Shown here piece after piece: positions 49,779 to 58,027 of a stretch of DNA of 64,000 nucleotides (positions are counted from its first letter, which is position 1; every line of letters starts with the position of its first letter). Below the pieces are notes generated by a model that saw nothing but the letters and a program-made list of their open reading frames with translations, was not told where the DNA came from and did not search any database. Position numbers and translations under genes: made by a program. The stretch lies in sequence record OR608733.1; one strand, written 5' to 3'.

Positions 49779-50126
49779 ATGGATCATCTAACCCCAACGC
49801 AGAGCGCTGTATATTTCACATTTATTAGCCCTGAGTTTATAAAGCTAACTCTTGTTGAATCTTTTGTAGCGATCCACAAGAAACATCCAGAAGTAAAGCA
49901 TTGCGTTAAGAAAAAGATTAGTGCTAATGAAACGCAGTTTATCTTTATCTTCAAAGATGGGACTGATAATTTAATCATTACACGTAAAACTGAACCTTGC
50001 CCTGAACTGGATAGCCCAGTAGGCGATAGTATTAAGTTGTCCGGCGAAGAACTTAAAAATATTCTTGCTAAGTACGATCGTCCCAAGGATGGTAACTATT
50101 TCAAGCACTGGACTGATCGCCCGTAA
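49779..50126 (+). CDS. Hypothetical protein (115 aa)
   Basis: GGAG SD, coupled to upstream stop. Confidence 0.75.
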   Translation: MDHLTPTQSAVYFTFISPEFIKLTLVESFVAIHKKHPEVKHCVKKKISANETQFIFIFKDGTDNLIITRKTEPCPELDSPVGDSIKLSGEELKNILAKYDRPKDGNYFKHWTDRP

Positions 50127-50178
50127 TAAAATATTACTGGTTATGTAATACTATGTAGGAAGTCATGTCCATACGTTT

Positions 50179-50255
50179 GCGCTCATAGTTCAGTTGGTTA
50201 GAATACCCGCCTGTCACGCGGGTGGTCAGGGGTTCGAGTCCCCTTGGGCGCGCCA
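50179..50255 (+). tRNA. tRNA-Asp(GUC)
   Basis: 77 nt, loop CTGTCAC, G73, CCA. Confidence 0.95.
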
Positions 50256-50261
50256 TTTAAT

Positions 50262-50337
<76 letters not shown>

Positions 50338-50421
50338 TATTCTAAAGAGTAGCTTCGGCTACTCTTTTATGTTGCCATGGGTTATCTTATGAATTAAAAT
50401 GATTTACTTGAGAGCACACTC

Positions 50422-51429
50422 ATGTTTGAATTACTATTATCACCAGATATAGGCGAAGAGTTACCCTTGGTTGGATTTAATGAAATTATTAAATTAGGTG
50501 ATCTACCTGTAGCGTTAGCTGGTACAATGTCATATGTGGATGGAAATACACTGTATGTTGGATCTGGTCATCATACTGAAGGACAAACAGCTGCAACTGT
50601 GTTCAGACGTTTTACCATATCGCCATTTGCCGATATAGGTGCAACTGCTTCTGGAACATTCTTACCAGGGGTATCTTTAGGATTTGGGACATTACATAAG
50701 AATAACTTTATTGTTTATGGCGGTATTACTGGATGGAACTCGGCTGGTAATGGTGGTACGGGAACATCTAACTTTATACAACATTTTGATATAGCTACAG
50801 GCAATAGGGTTGAGCGATATAGTGGTCCCGTACCACTTTGGGGCACAGCCTCCGCATCAGATGGTAATGATCTTATTCTATGCGTTAACCCAATTGGCGT
50901 AAACGCAATGCGATTAAAACCATCAAGTAAGTCTTGGCTTAGCGGGCAAGACTATTCAGGTGGTGCTCGTTCAGGTCAACAGTTATTCTTTTATAATGGT
51001 TACTTTTACCATTTTGGTGGTTGGGATAATACAAAGAACATACCTAATCTTGAAGTTTATCGATATAATGCAACTACCTTAATATGGGAGCAAACACCTT
51101 GGATGATTATACCTGCTGATAAAGGAACAATCTGGCAAGGTAATGGTTATGTAGATGGGGACTATTTTAATTACCTTAACGCTGTTGATGTCGGCGGTGT
51201 AACTAAAATGTTTGCACAACGTTTTAATATTAGGCGCCGGAAATGGGCTGAACCATTTGAACTAGGTATCGGATTCCTTAATATTTCATCTATAGCTAAA
51301 GGTCCGGATAATAGCATGATCATTGTAGGTGGATCTAAAATGCCAGTTGGTGGTGGAGCATATATGTTGAAAAGCCAATTGTTATCAGGTATCTATCAGG
51401 TAAAACTAGCACCATTAATCATTGATTAA
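50422..51429 (+). CDS. Kelch-like beta-propeller protein (probable virion/tail-associated)
   Basis: Repeated GG...Y/F...W units (LYVGSG, FIVYGG, FYHFGG, IIVGG). Confidence 0.75.
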   Translation: MFELLLSPDIGEELPLVGFNEIIKLGDLPVALAGTMSYVDGNTLYVGSGHHTEGQTAATVFRRFTISPFADIGATASGTFLPGVSLGFGTLHKNNFIVYGGITGWNSAGNGGTGTSNFIQHFDIATGNRVERYSGPVPLWGTASASDGNDLILCVNPIGVNAMRLKPSSKSWLSGQDYSGGARSGQQLFFYNGYFYHFGGWDNTKNIPNLEVYRYNATTLIWEQTPWMIIPADKGTIWQGNGYVDGDYFNYLNAVDVGGVTKMFAQRFNIRRRKWAEPFELGIGFLNISSIAKGPDNSMIIVGGSKMPVGGGAYMLKSQLLSGIYQVKLAPLIID

Positions 51430-51713
51430 AATAATAATATTTATAACTATTTAGATAATTATACTGGCACGATGATATTATGTAAGAGTACTATAATAAA
51501 GTATTCTTAAATCTATCCACTAAACACACTCGGTGGTAGAACTTATTATAGAGTGTGTCTAAATGCCAGGGGTTTGCCACCCCTGGTTATATTCATTGTT
51601 ACTATTATAAATTCATTTATAGATGAGAAAAGGTTTTATCACCTTTTCAAAATCGGCATTTAATTCCAGTTAAAAAACTGAATCTATGCTACATTGTAAT
51701 AAAGGAGTCTATT

Positions 51714-52226
51714 ATGACTAACTCTAATCCGTTTGTAAGAACTATTGTAAAGTACCAAGATATCCTAGATGCTTTAATTCAAAAAACGAATGAGAACTGG
51801 GTTAATTATCGATCTAATTCTATTGGTCATATTGTTATTCGTGAATACAGGACTGTTGGATTATTTGTAGGTCGGCAATGTGGTAGTACAACTGCATTGA
51901 TTGAGTTTGCTAATCGTCACCCTGGCGAATGTCTAGCTGTATTTGTAGAAGATAAAATTAAACAGGCTGTACTGGCTAAGTTCCAGAATGCTAAAGATAA
52001 TATTGTTTCTTGTTTAATTACACACCAACTCCGCAAATATATTCATCAACCTGAAGAATCATCTATTCAAAAAGATATTAAAGAAGAATTAATATCGTCT
52101 GTAAAATATATTCTTGTTGACAATGCCTCATTTAATCTGAACCTACGCGGTATCACTGATAAAGAATTTAACCAGTGGGTTGCAGATACTTTTGGTACAG
52201 AGGTAATGGTGGTTCGTTTTAGTTAG
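51714..52226 (+). CDS. Small P-loop-like protein with degenerate Walker A
   Basis: AAGGAG SD; GLFVGRQCGSTTAL and YILVDN resemble Walker A/B with the Lys replaced. Confidence 0.6.
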   Translation: MTNSNPFVRTIVKYQDILDALIQKTNENWVNYRSNSIGHIVIREYRTVGLFVGRQCGSTTALIEFANRHPGECLAVFVEDKIKQAVLAKFQNAKDNIVSCLITHQLRKYIHQPEESSIQKDIKEELISSVKYILVDNASFNLNLRGITDKEFNQWVADTFGTEVMVVRFS

Positions 52227-52387
52227 AATTAGTAACTTTGATAGTTTCTAATAAGATTAACTACACGTTATTTACATAATGTCATAACAAGAAATAAATA
52301 ATACTCAGATTGTAATAATATGTAGTTATTACATATCTATATTAGGTTGTCAGTAACTCATCTCTAATATAAAATCGCCATAATTCT

Positions 52388-52424
52388 TCCGTGATAGCTC
52401 AGTCGGTAGAGCAAATGGCTGTTA
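52388..52424 (+). pseudogene. tRNA-Asn 5' fragment (nt 1-37)
   Basis: 35/37 identical to 50262-50298; differences lie in the anticodon stem. Confidence 0.85.
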
Positions 52425-52433
52425 CGATTTCAT

Positions 52434-52520
52434 TGGTAAGTACCCGAGTGGCAGCAGGGAGCGGACTGTTAATCCGTTGGCGAAAGCCCACCGTAGGTTC
52501 GAATCCTACCTTACCAGCCA
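52434..52520 (+). tRNA. Class II tRNA with GUU anticodon on a tRNA-Tyr-like scaffold
   Basis: 87 nt; acceptor TGGTAAG/CTTACCA, G73, CCA; loop CTGTTAA; variable arm GGC-GAAA-GCC; T arm GTAGG-TTCGAAT-CCTAC. Confidence 0.88.
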
Positions 52521-52526
52521 ATTTCT

Positions 52527-52550
52527 AAAAGTAGCCAGCTGGCTACTTTT
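52527..52550 (+). terminator. Perfect palindromic terminator after the class II tRNA
   Basis: AAAAGTAGCCAGCTGGCTACTTTT. Confidence 0.75.
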
Positions 52551-52603
52551 ATCTTGTTCTATAGATCGAACTAGCTATCTATTTTTTAAACCCTAGGTTC
52601 GAT

Positions 52604-53162
52604 ATGAAAGAAAAAAATAATTAATGGTTATCGGGCTCTGTATTTACCTGAACATCGGCAGGCAAAAGCTAACCCCAAAATGTTTGGATGGGTATACGAA
52701 CACCGTGTAGTCGGTGAAGATACAATCGGAAGATCTCTTTACGATGACGAAGAGGTTCATCATTTGGATGAGAACAAACTCAATAACCATCCCGATAATC
52801 TTTTGATCCTCCCTCAATCACAGCATCTAAAACTACATGCATGGATGAAACGACTGGGCATTGATCCAAAGAACTATCCTACAAAACTTTGTGGTGCTTG
52901 TGGTAGGGTAATGAATCATAAATTGATTAAATTCTGTAACCCTGAGTGTTCTGCCAAAGGTCGACGTAAGGTTGATCGACCATCTAAAGAACAACTCGTC
53001 CTTGACGTTACATTGTTATCTCTTGTGAAAATAGGAGAAAAGTATGGGGTATCGGATAATGCAATTCGTAAATGGTGTCGGTCATACAAAATCAATATTC
53101 CAGCTAGGTTTATTAGGGTCAGCACTAATGGGGGTATTAGCACCTTGGCCCCCACACAATAA
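52604..53162 (+). CDS. HNH homing endonuclease with Zn-ribbon and HTH; frameshifted at A7 near the 5' end
   Basis: YEHRVV...EEVHHLDENKLNNHPDNL...H; CGAC...FCNPEC; KYGVSDNAIRKW. Track frame starts at 52680 but is open back to 52608. Confidence 0.85.
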
Positions 53163-53196
53163 AAATATACTCGATGTAGATTAATATACAAAAACA

Positions 53197-53237
53197 TAAT
53201 CACTGGGTCCCTGGTTCGAGTCCAGGTCACGGAGCCA
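53197..53237 (+). pseudogene. tRNA-Asn 3' fragment (nt 36-76)
   Basis: 41/41 identical to 50297-50337, including CCA. Confidence 0.9.
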
Positions 53238-53368
53238 ATTCATAGTTTTAGATTTAGTTATATTTCACTACTATGTAAACTATAAAGGCAGCTAATGCTG
53301 CCTTTATGTCGTCTTGTAAAAGTACCCAGTAGTTGAATCTTATAGCTGAATACAAATAGGGTAAAGAC

Positions 53369-53554
53369 ATGTCACTTAAAGCATTGCAAGATATAGTTAG
53401 TAGTGTTCCTACAAATGAACAAAAGGAACGATTAGTTAAAGTTCGGAAAACGATGGAAGAGCTAAATGAGTCTATTAAGAATCAGATTCGTAATAAACGA
53501 CCTAGTCAAGCTCTTCTCGACAAAACGATAAACTGGGGTACCAAGTATGGCTAA
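53369..53554 (+). CDS. Hypothetical protein (61 aa)
   Basis: Track ORF, overlaps next start. Confidence 0.65.
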   Translation: MSLKALQDIVSSVPTNEQKERLVKVRKTMEELNESIKNQIRNKRPSQALLDKTINWGTKYG

Positions 53555-53837
53555 GACATTAGTTCGTGCAAAGCTGATTACTGAAGCTGGTCAATGGATG
53601 TCGTCTGACTGGGAATGTGGTTTCCGTGCATGTCGATTCGTGAAACTTGGTAATGATCATGTAAACATAAAAGACTTTGAGGCTATGATCACGGCATTCG
53701 AAGTTGGTGACATGTTAGTGATTTGGCCAAATGGGCTTAGAACTTCGTATAGTGTGGATAATTTCAATAAGTACTTTTCCCATATCAAAGATGAATACCA
53801 TGAGACTGATCTCCGTCCACTCTTTTACCCCAAGTAG
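53547..53837 (+). CDS. Hypothetical protein (96 aa), SH3-like GDxLV motif
   Basis: FEVGDMLVIWPNG...F..YF. Confidence 0.7.
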   Translation: MAKTLVRAKLITEAGQWMSSDWECGFRACRFVKLGNDHVNIKDFEAMITAFEVGDMLVIWPNGLRTSYSVDNFNKYFSHIKDEYHETDLRPLFYPK

Positions 53838-54308
53838 TTGAGCTTATGATAACTATATTCGTGTATAAATACATTACATTCGTTATACCCTTTAATTGAT
53901 TGAAATCAAGCTACATAAAAGTGATTGAATGGTCCATGTAGGTGATAATTTTAATAAAGGTAAAGGATTTATCAGAGAATATCTCAGTGCATTTAGGTAT
54001 TTTATCACTCGCCTATCTAAATCACATAAAGCCCTTTACCGAGGAATGTGAGAATGTTGGTTGCGATTGATAATACTGGGACAGAATATGATGTCGACCC
54101 AACTGATGAAGTAGACGTAATGTTTGTATTTAGACCCACACTAAAATAACTTTATATGACTTAATACCCCTCTATATAGAGTGGTCTATGTATAAGTAAA
54201 ATTATACATAGAGTTAATATTATTTGTAGATTAGTTCTACACATAACTCAACTTGAAACCGGGTGTTAATAAAATTTAACACTACGGAAAACATAAAGGT
54301 GTATAAAA

Positions 54309-54938
54309 ATGGCTTTTCATTTTACTGAAGTAGATTTAAATGATTTTATCAATGAATCAGGTAAAGACTTAAAAATAAATGTTGGTAAACAAACACTAGC
54401 GGTTCATGATATCAATAGGCTAAATATTGTTAATTCAGCTATTAATAAACTAGTTTATAATGAACCTATAAGTGAAGAACACATAGACGCATCACTTACA
54501 GATAATTCATTAAAAGAGCTTAATGATTATTTACTAAATGTTGGTGTTACTGAAAGCGCTAAAATGATGATTGATGCTGTGTTAGAATTAAGCGATTATC
54601 ATAAAAGTGATGAATACTTTAACCCAGTGATGTATAAATTAAAAAGTATGCACACTAAAAATACAGATGGTGTTTATTTGATATTTTTACCAACATCTAC
54701 TATCGATGATCACATTAACGCCATGCAAGGGTACATTATCAATAAATCCGGTAATCTCATTAGGACTACTGTACAGTCATGACGATTTGAGAAAATTGAA
54801 TTCAAAGACTTAGCCAAACATGATAGACGTTGGTTATTTATTGAATATTACATTAATGTTAAACAAACGAAAAATAATATAATCAAAGAACAACAAGATG
54901 AATTAACTAAATTTATTTATTATAGTACCCCAAGTTAA
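54309..54938 (+). CDS. Hypothetical protein, 157 aa, with a 51-codon in-frame continuation past TGA 54780-54782
   Basis: Frame stays open to TAA 54936-54938, just before terminator 54961-54987. Confidence 0.55.
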
Positions 54939-54995
54939 AACAAATAAAAAAATAAATATAAGAGCTAGCCCCTAATGGGCTAGCTCTATGTTATC

Positions 54996-55133
54996 TTACT
55001 CTGCTACATCTTTTACATCAGGTTTATTATTCCCACGTACTGCTCTCACAATACCATACGTAAGAATAAGAGCACCTACGGCGCCAATAGTGGTGCTAAT
55101 AATAATGCCAAGAGTTTTTGGGTCGATATTCAT
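54996..55133 (-). CDS. Small single-TM protein, 45 aa (not in track)
   Basis: MNIDPKTLGIIISTTIGAVGALILTYGIVRAVRGNNKPDVKDVAE*, AGGAA SD, own early-type promoter. Confidence 0.7.
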   Translation of the reverse strand: MNIDPKTLGIIISTTIGAVGALILTYGIVRAVRGNNKPDVKDVAE

Positions 55134-55189
55134 ATTTAGTTTCCTATTTACAATTAATAGAAAATATTACTTTTAGTAATATCAAGTTA

Positions 55190-55218
55190 ATGATATACTG
55201 TTTAAATATGTTTGAATA
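55190..55218 (-). promoter_or_regulatory. Early promoter variant TATTCAAACATATTTAAACAGTATATCAT
   Basis: Upstream block identical to the 37259 and 39614 promoters. Confidence 0.75.
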
Positions 55219-55280
55219 TAACTTTATTTATTATAATAAATAAAATAATACTTTCATATACACTATATGTAGAAGATTCT

Positions 55281-55357
55281 GCCGCTATAGCTCAGCTAGG
55301 TAGAGCAACGCACTTGTAATGCGTAGGTCCTCCGTTCGATTCGGAGTGGCGGCACCA
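55281..55357 (+). tRNA. tRNA-Thr(UGU)
   Basis: 77 nt, loop CTTGTAA, CCA. Confidence 0.95.
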
Positions 55358-55486
55358 AATTTACTGAGGTTTAAACTATTCTTAAATATATTAGTTAGGA
55401 TGGGATTGAACGTGAAAGACTCAGTAAATCATATTGCCCCTCCATATGGAGGGGCTTATGTTTGTCATTAATCAGGAAAATATAAA

Positions 55487-55663
55487 ATGAGTCATCTATT
55501 ATTTATCATCCAAGAATATATTACTAATAAATTTGAGATAACACGAATTGACATGAAGACAGGCAATAGAATGTTACGTGTATGTGTATACGGTCAACAT
55601 GATGGAAAAGGTTTCGTCCGTGTAGATTTATGGTCAGTTGGTTATCGTATTACAAAGAAATAA
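55487..55663 (+). CDS. Small protein, 58 aa (not in track)
   Basis: CAGGA SD; MSHLLFIIQEYITNKFEITRIDMKTGNRMLRVCVYGQHDGKGFVRVDLWSVGYRITKK*. Confidence 0.65.
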   Translation: MSHLLFIIQEYITNKFEITRIDMKTGNRMLRVCVYGQHDGKGFVRVDLWSVGYRITKK

Positions 55664-55705
55664 TACTCCAGATTATTTAATATGTATTGATCAAAGGAGT
55701 TTATA

Positions 55706-56116
55706 ATGAGTAATGAAACTAACTATCTAGGTTATGAATGGAAAACAGATATAACTACTTCAAATCTTAATAGAGTAGTTGATTTATATACACTTGAATT
55801 AGCATGGCTAAAAGAAGATTTTAATGATACTCTTTTTATAAAGTCTTATAAAGTACTAGAGGGTTTATTAGAAGAGCCATCTAGGGCAATCCATGATGAT
55901 ACAGTGTCCATTCAAAATCAATTAGATGAATTAAATACTGTTTTTAAATTAGTATTTGGAAAAGATAATGATGTAGAGTTATCAATTAATAATGATTCAA
56001 TTATTGTAATCGGCACTACATATGCAACTAAAGAAAAGTTAGAAGTAGAGGTACGTGAGTTTGCATATAGGAAATCATTAATTGATGAACGTTATCCAGA
56101 TATTGTAACGGATTAA
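55706..56116 (+). CDS. Hypothetical protein (136 aa)
   Basis: AAGGAG SD. Confidence 0.8.
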   Translation: MSNETNYLGYEWKTDITTSNLNRVVDLYTLELAWLKEDFNDTLFIKSYKVLEGLLEEPSRAIHDDTVSIQNQLDELNTVFKLVFGKDNDVELSINNDSIIVIGTTYATKEKLEVEVREFAYRKSLIDERYPDIVTD

Positions 56117-56196
56117 AATACTTACAGCTATCTAGTATGTAACTAGGCGGATTGCCATTTGTAAATTATCTATTTAATCAAACTGAGGAAATACTA

Positions 56197-56586
56197 ATGA
56201 AACAATTCTTTCAACTAATTCTAAGTCTGCTTTTCAAGCTACCCATTCTATCACACATTGCTGAGAAAAAACGACTAGAGAAAGAGAAAAAGGAAGAAGA
56301 GAAACGCCAGCAGAAGCAGCGTCAGAAAGAACTACTTGAAGTCCTACGTCGGGAACAGGAAGATCAATATCGTAAGACTGCATATGCACGCTTAGCAAAA
56401 CTTATTCATACTCGGTGGTATGATGAGTTTAATGCATACGAAAAGAAACTAGTTGATCTTGCTGTATCGAGTGGTAAAGCAGTTAGTGTTAAGTATGGTA
56501 AAGTTACTAAGATGCAACACCCTCAACAATTTAAACTACTTAATGATTGGCTGGATGATATTCCAGTAGAAGATTATTCTAAGTGA
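56197..56586 (+). CDS. Hypothetical coiled-coil protein (start refined to MKQFFQ)
   Basis: GAGGA SD; charged helical EKKRLEKEKKEEEKR. Confidence 0.75.
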   Translation: MKQFFQLILSLLFKLPILSHIAEKKRLEKEKKEEEKRQQKQRQKELLEVLRREQEDQYRKTAYARLAKLIHTRWYDEFNAYEKKLVDLAVSSGKAVSVKYGKVTKMQHPQQFKLLNDWLDDIPVEDYSK

Positions 56587-56647
56587 GTTTAAATAAAGAA
56601 AATAAAGACATAGCCCCTCTCCATGCGGAGAGGGGTTTATGCCGTAA

Positions 56648-57328
56648 TTATACACTCACTTTGATAAGATTTTTAATATCAGTGAGATGGGTATATGTTG
56701 CCTTTTTATCTTTGTGAACCAGTAAGCAACAGGTGCCTTCATTTACTGTATTGGTTTGTTTTAATGGGATATTTAAAGCATACTCAAATAAATCGTCCAT
56801 CCAGTTAAATGCCATGAACTTATTGATAAGGACATGATCGAAATCAATTAATCCAATAAACAAATCGATCTCAGATTGATAATATTCTACAACCATCTTA
56901 GACCATTCTTTGTTTATCGCCTCAATGACATTAGGATTATTTATTTTATTAAATAATTCAATGCGTTCCTGAGTAGGTAAACTGAGATAATAATTAATAT
57001 TACTCCTAACGATATCTGGATTAGTGATATCCATTTTTACTGGTAAGTTATATTTACTATCTACATAATTCTTAGTTTCTGGTGTCATTCTCCAGCAACC
57101 ATAATCAGCAGTAGTACTCGATAGATCTACTCTAGTCTCTACTACTTTAGAAAATACATCTACATATAGATTAACAGATTCGTATATATCAGGTCTGATT
57201 TGATTAAAGTTTAAACTTTTAATAAGACCCCTAACTGGTCGAGTACCAATTAGACAATGCAATTCAAGCTTAACATTTTCCTCTTTAGCCATCTTAAATA
57301 TATCAACAAAACTTAGCTTTTCTGCCAT
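56648..57328 (-). CDS. Hypothetical protein (226 aa)
   Basis: AAAGG SD, ends at hairpin 56613-56636. Confidence 0.8.
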   Translation of the reverse strand: MAEKLSFVDIFKMAKEENVKLELHCLIGTRPVRGLIKSLNFNQIRPDIYESVNLYVDVFSKVVETRVDLSSTTADYGCWRMTPETKNYVDSKYNLPVKMDITNPDIVRSNINYYLSLPTQERIELFNKINNPNVIEAINKEWSKMVVEYYQSEIDLFIGLIDFDHVLINKFMAFNWMDDLFEYALNIPLKQTNTVNEGTCCLLVHKDKKATYTHLTDIKNLIKVSV

Positions 57329-57478
57329 TTAGAATATACCTTTTATTAATTGGACAAATAGATTAGATACACATAGCAATAGAATAAACCATAAACCTAG
57401 TCTTTGTAATTTATCTATACGCTTAGCTTTTTGTTTCCTCTTTAATCTAACTAATAATGTATTTTTAATATCATTCAT
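57329..57478 (-). CDS. Small basic single-TM protein, 49 aa (not in track)
   Basis: MNDIKNTLLVRLKRKQKAKRIDKLQRLGLWFILLLCVSNLFVQLIKGIF*, stop abuts next ATG. Confidence 0.55.
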   Translation of the reverse strand: MNDIKNTLLVRLKRKQKAKRIDKLQRLGLWFILLLCVSNLFVQLIKGIF

Positions 57479-57496
57479 TAAATTATCTCAGATTCT

Positions 57497-58027
57497 TTAG
57501 ATGGTGTATAAACCCTCAGTATTACATGTTGTTATGATGTTGTAAAGACGATGCCAATAGCGATCATACGTATTTTTACGTTTGTAGCTATTGGTGCGGA
57601 TAATTAGATTGGCGACCCAGTGATTTTTATCAATGGTCTCATGTAGATGCCCGAAATAAACCCCCAGTTCAATTTCGAATGGGATCTTACACTCACGCCC
57701 CTTACACATTGCTTCACGCAATAAACGCATTACAGAATTCTCTGCATTGGTATCTTGAAATAAAATACTAATGTATCCAGGGCTACCACCAGTTTCTTCA
57801 TCAACATGACCTGAACAGCAATAAATAGTTGCAATATTGGTGAATTGGTTAAACCATTTAATCAATGGTCTACATGCTTCATCAATAAGATCTTCATATT
57901 CAGGTTTATACATTACTTTAACAGTATCATCTGCCCGTTGTTTCACATGATGAAAATATTGCTCCCAATTTACATTAGTGTAATATAGCATATCCATATT
58001 AGAATTACTCATACAAATCAACCCCAT
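57497..58027 (-). CDS. Protein with TYW3/Taw3-like T-x-x-C-C-S-G-H motif
   Basis: IDEACRPLIKWFNQFTNIATIYCCSGH; family assignment is inference. Confidence 0.55.
   Translation of the reverse strand: MGLICMSNSNMDMLYYTNVNWEQYFHHVKQRADDTVKVMYKPEYEDLIDEACRPLIKWFNQFTNIATIYCCSGHVDEETGGSPGYISILFQDTNAENSVMRLLREAMCKGRECKIPFEIELGVYFGHLHETIDKNHWVANLIIRTNSYKRKNTYDRYWHRLYNIITTCNTEGLYTI

Larger units (their letters stand above)
52388..53237 (+). mobile_element. Split tRNA-Asn gene with inserted tRNA + HNH cassette
   Basis: tRNA-Asn 5' half 52388-52424 and 3' half 53197-53237 flank a complete tRNA(GUU) and an HNH gene. Confidence 0.8.

Noticed and set aside
52434-52520. Ordinary tRNA-Tyr
   Set aside because: The anticodon reads GTT, the discriminator is G and the first pair is T-A, all unlike Tyr; kept as a finding instead.
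52425-53196. Group I intron in tRNA-Asn
   Set aside because: The insert does not end in G before the 3' exon (…AAACAT|AATCAC) and I saw no P7/J8-7 core. It also contains a full tRNA and an internal terminator.
52388-53237. Prophage or integrase-type att element
   Set aside because: No integrase or recombinase in the insert, and it is too small; only an HNH gene is present.
54988-55176. 62-aa plus-strand ORF
   Set aside because: Antisense to a 45-aa minus-strand ORF that has an SD and its own promoter.
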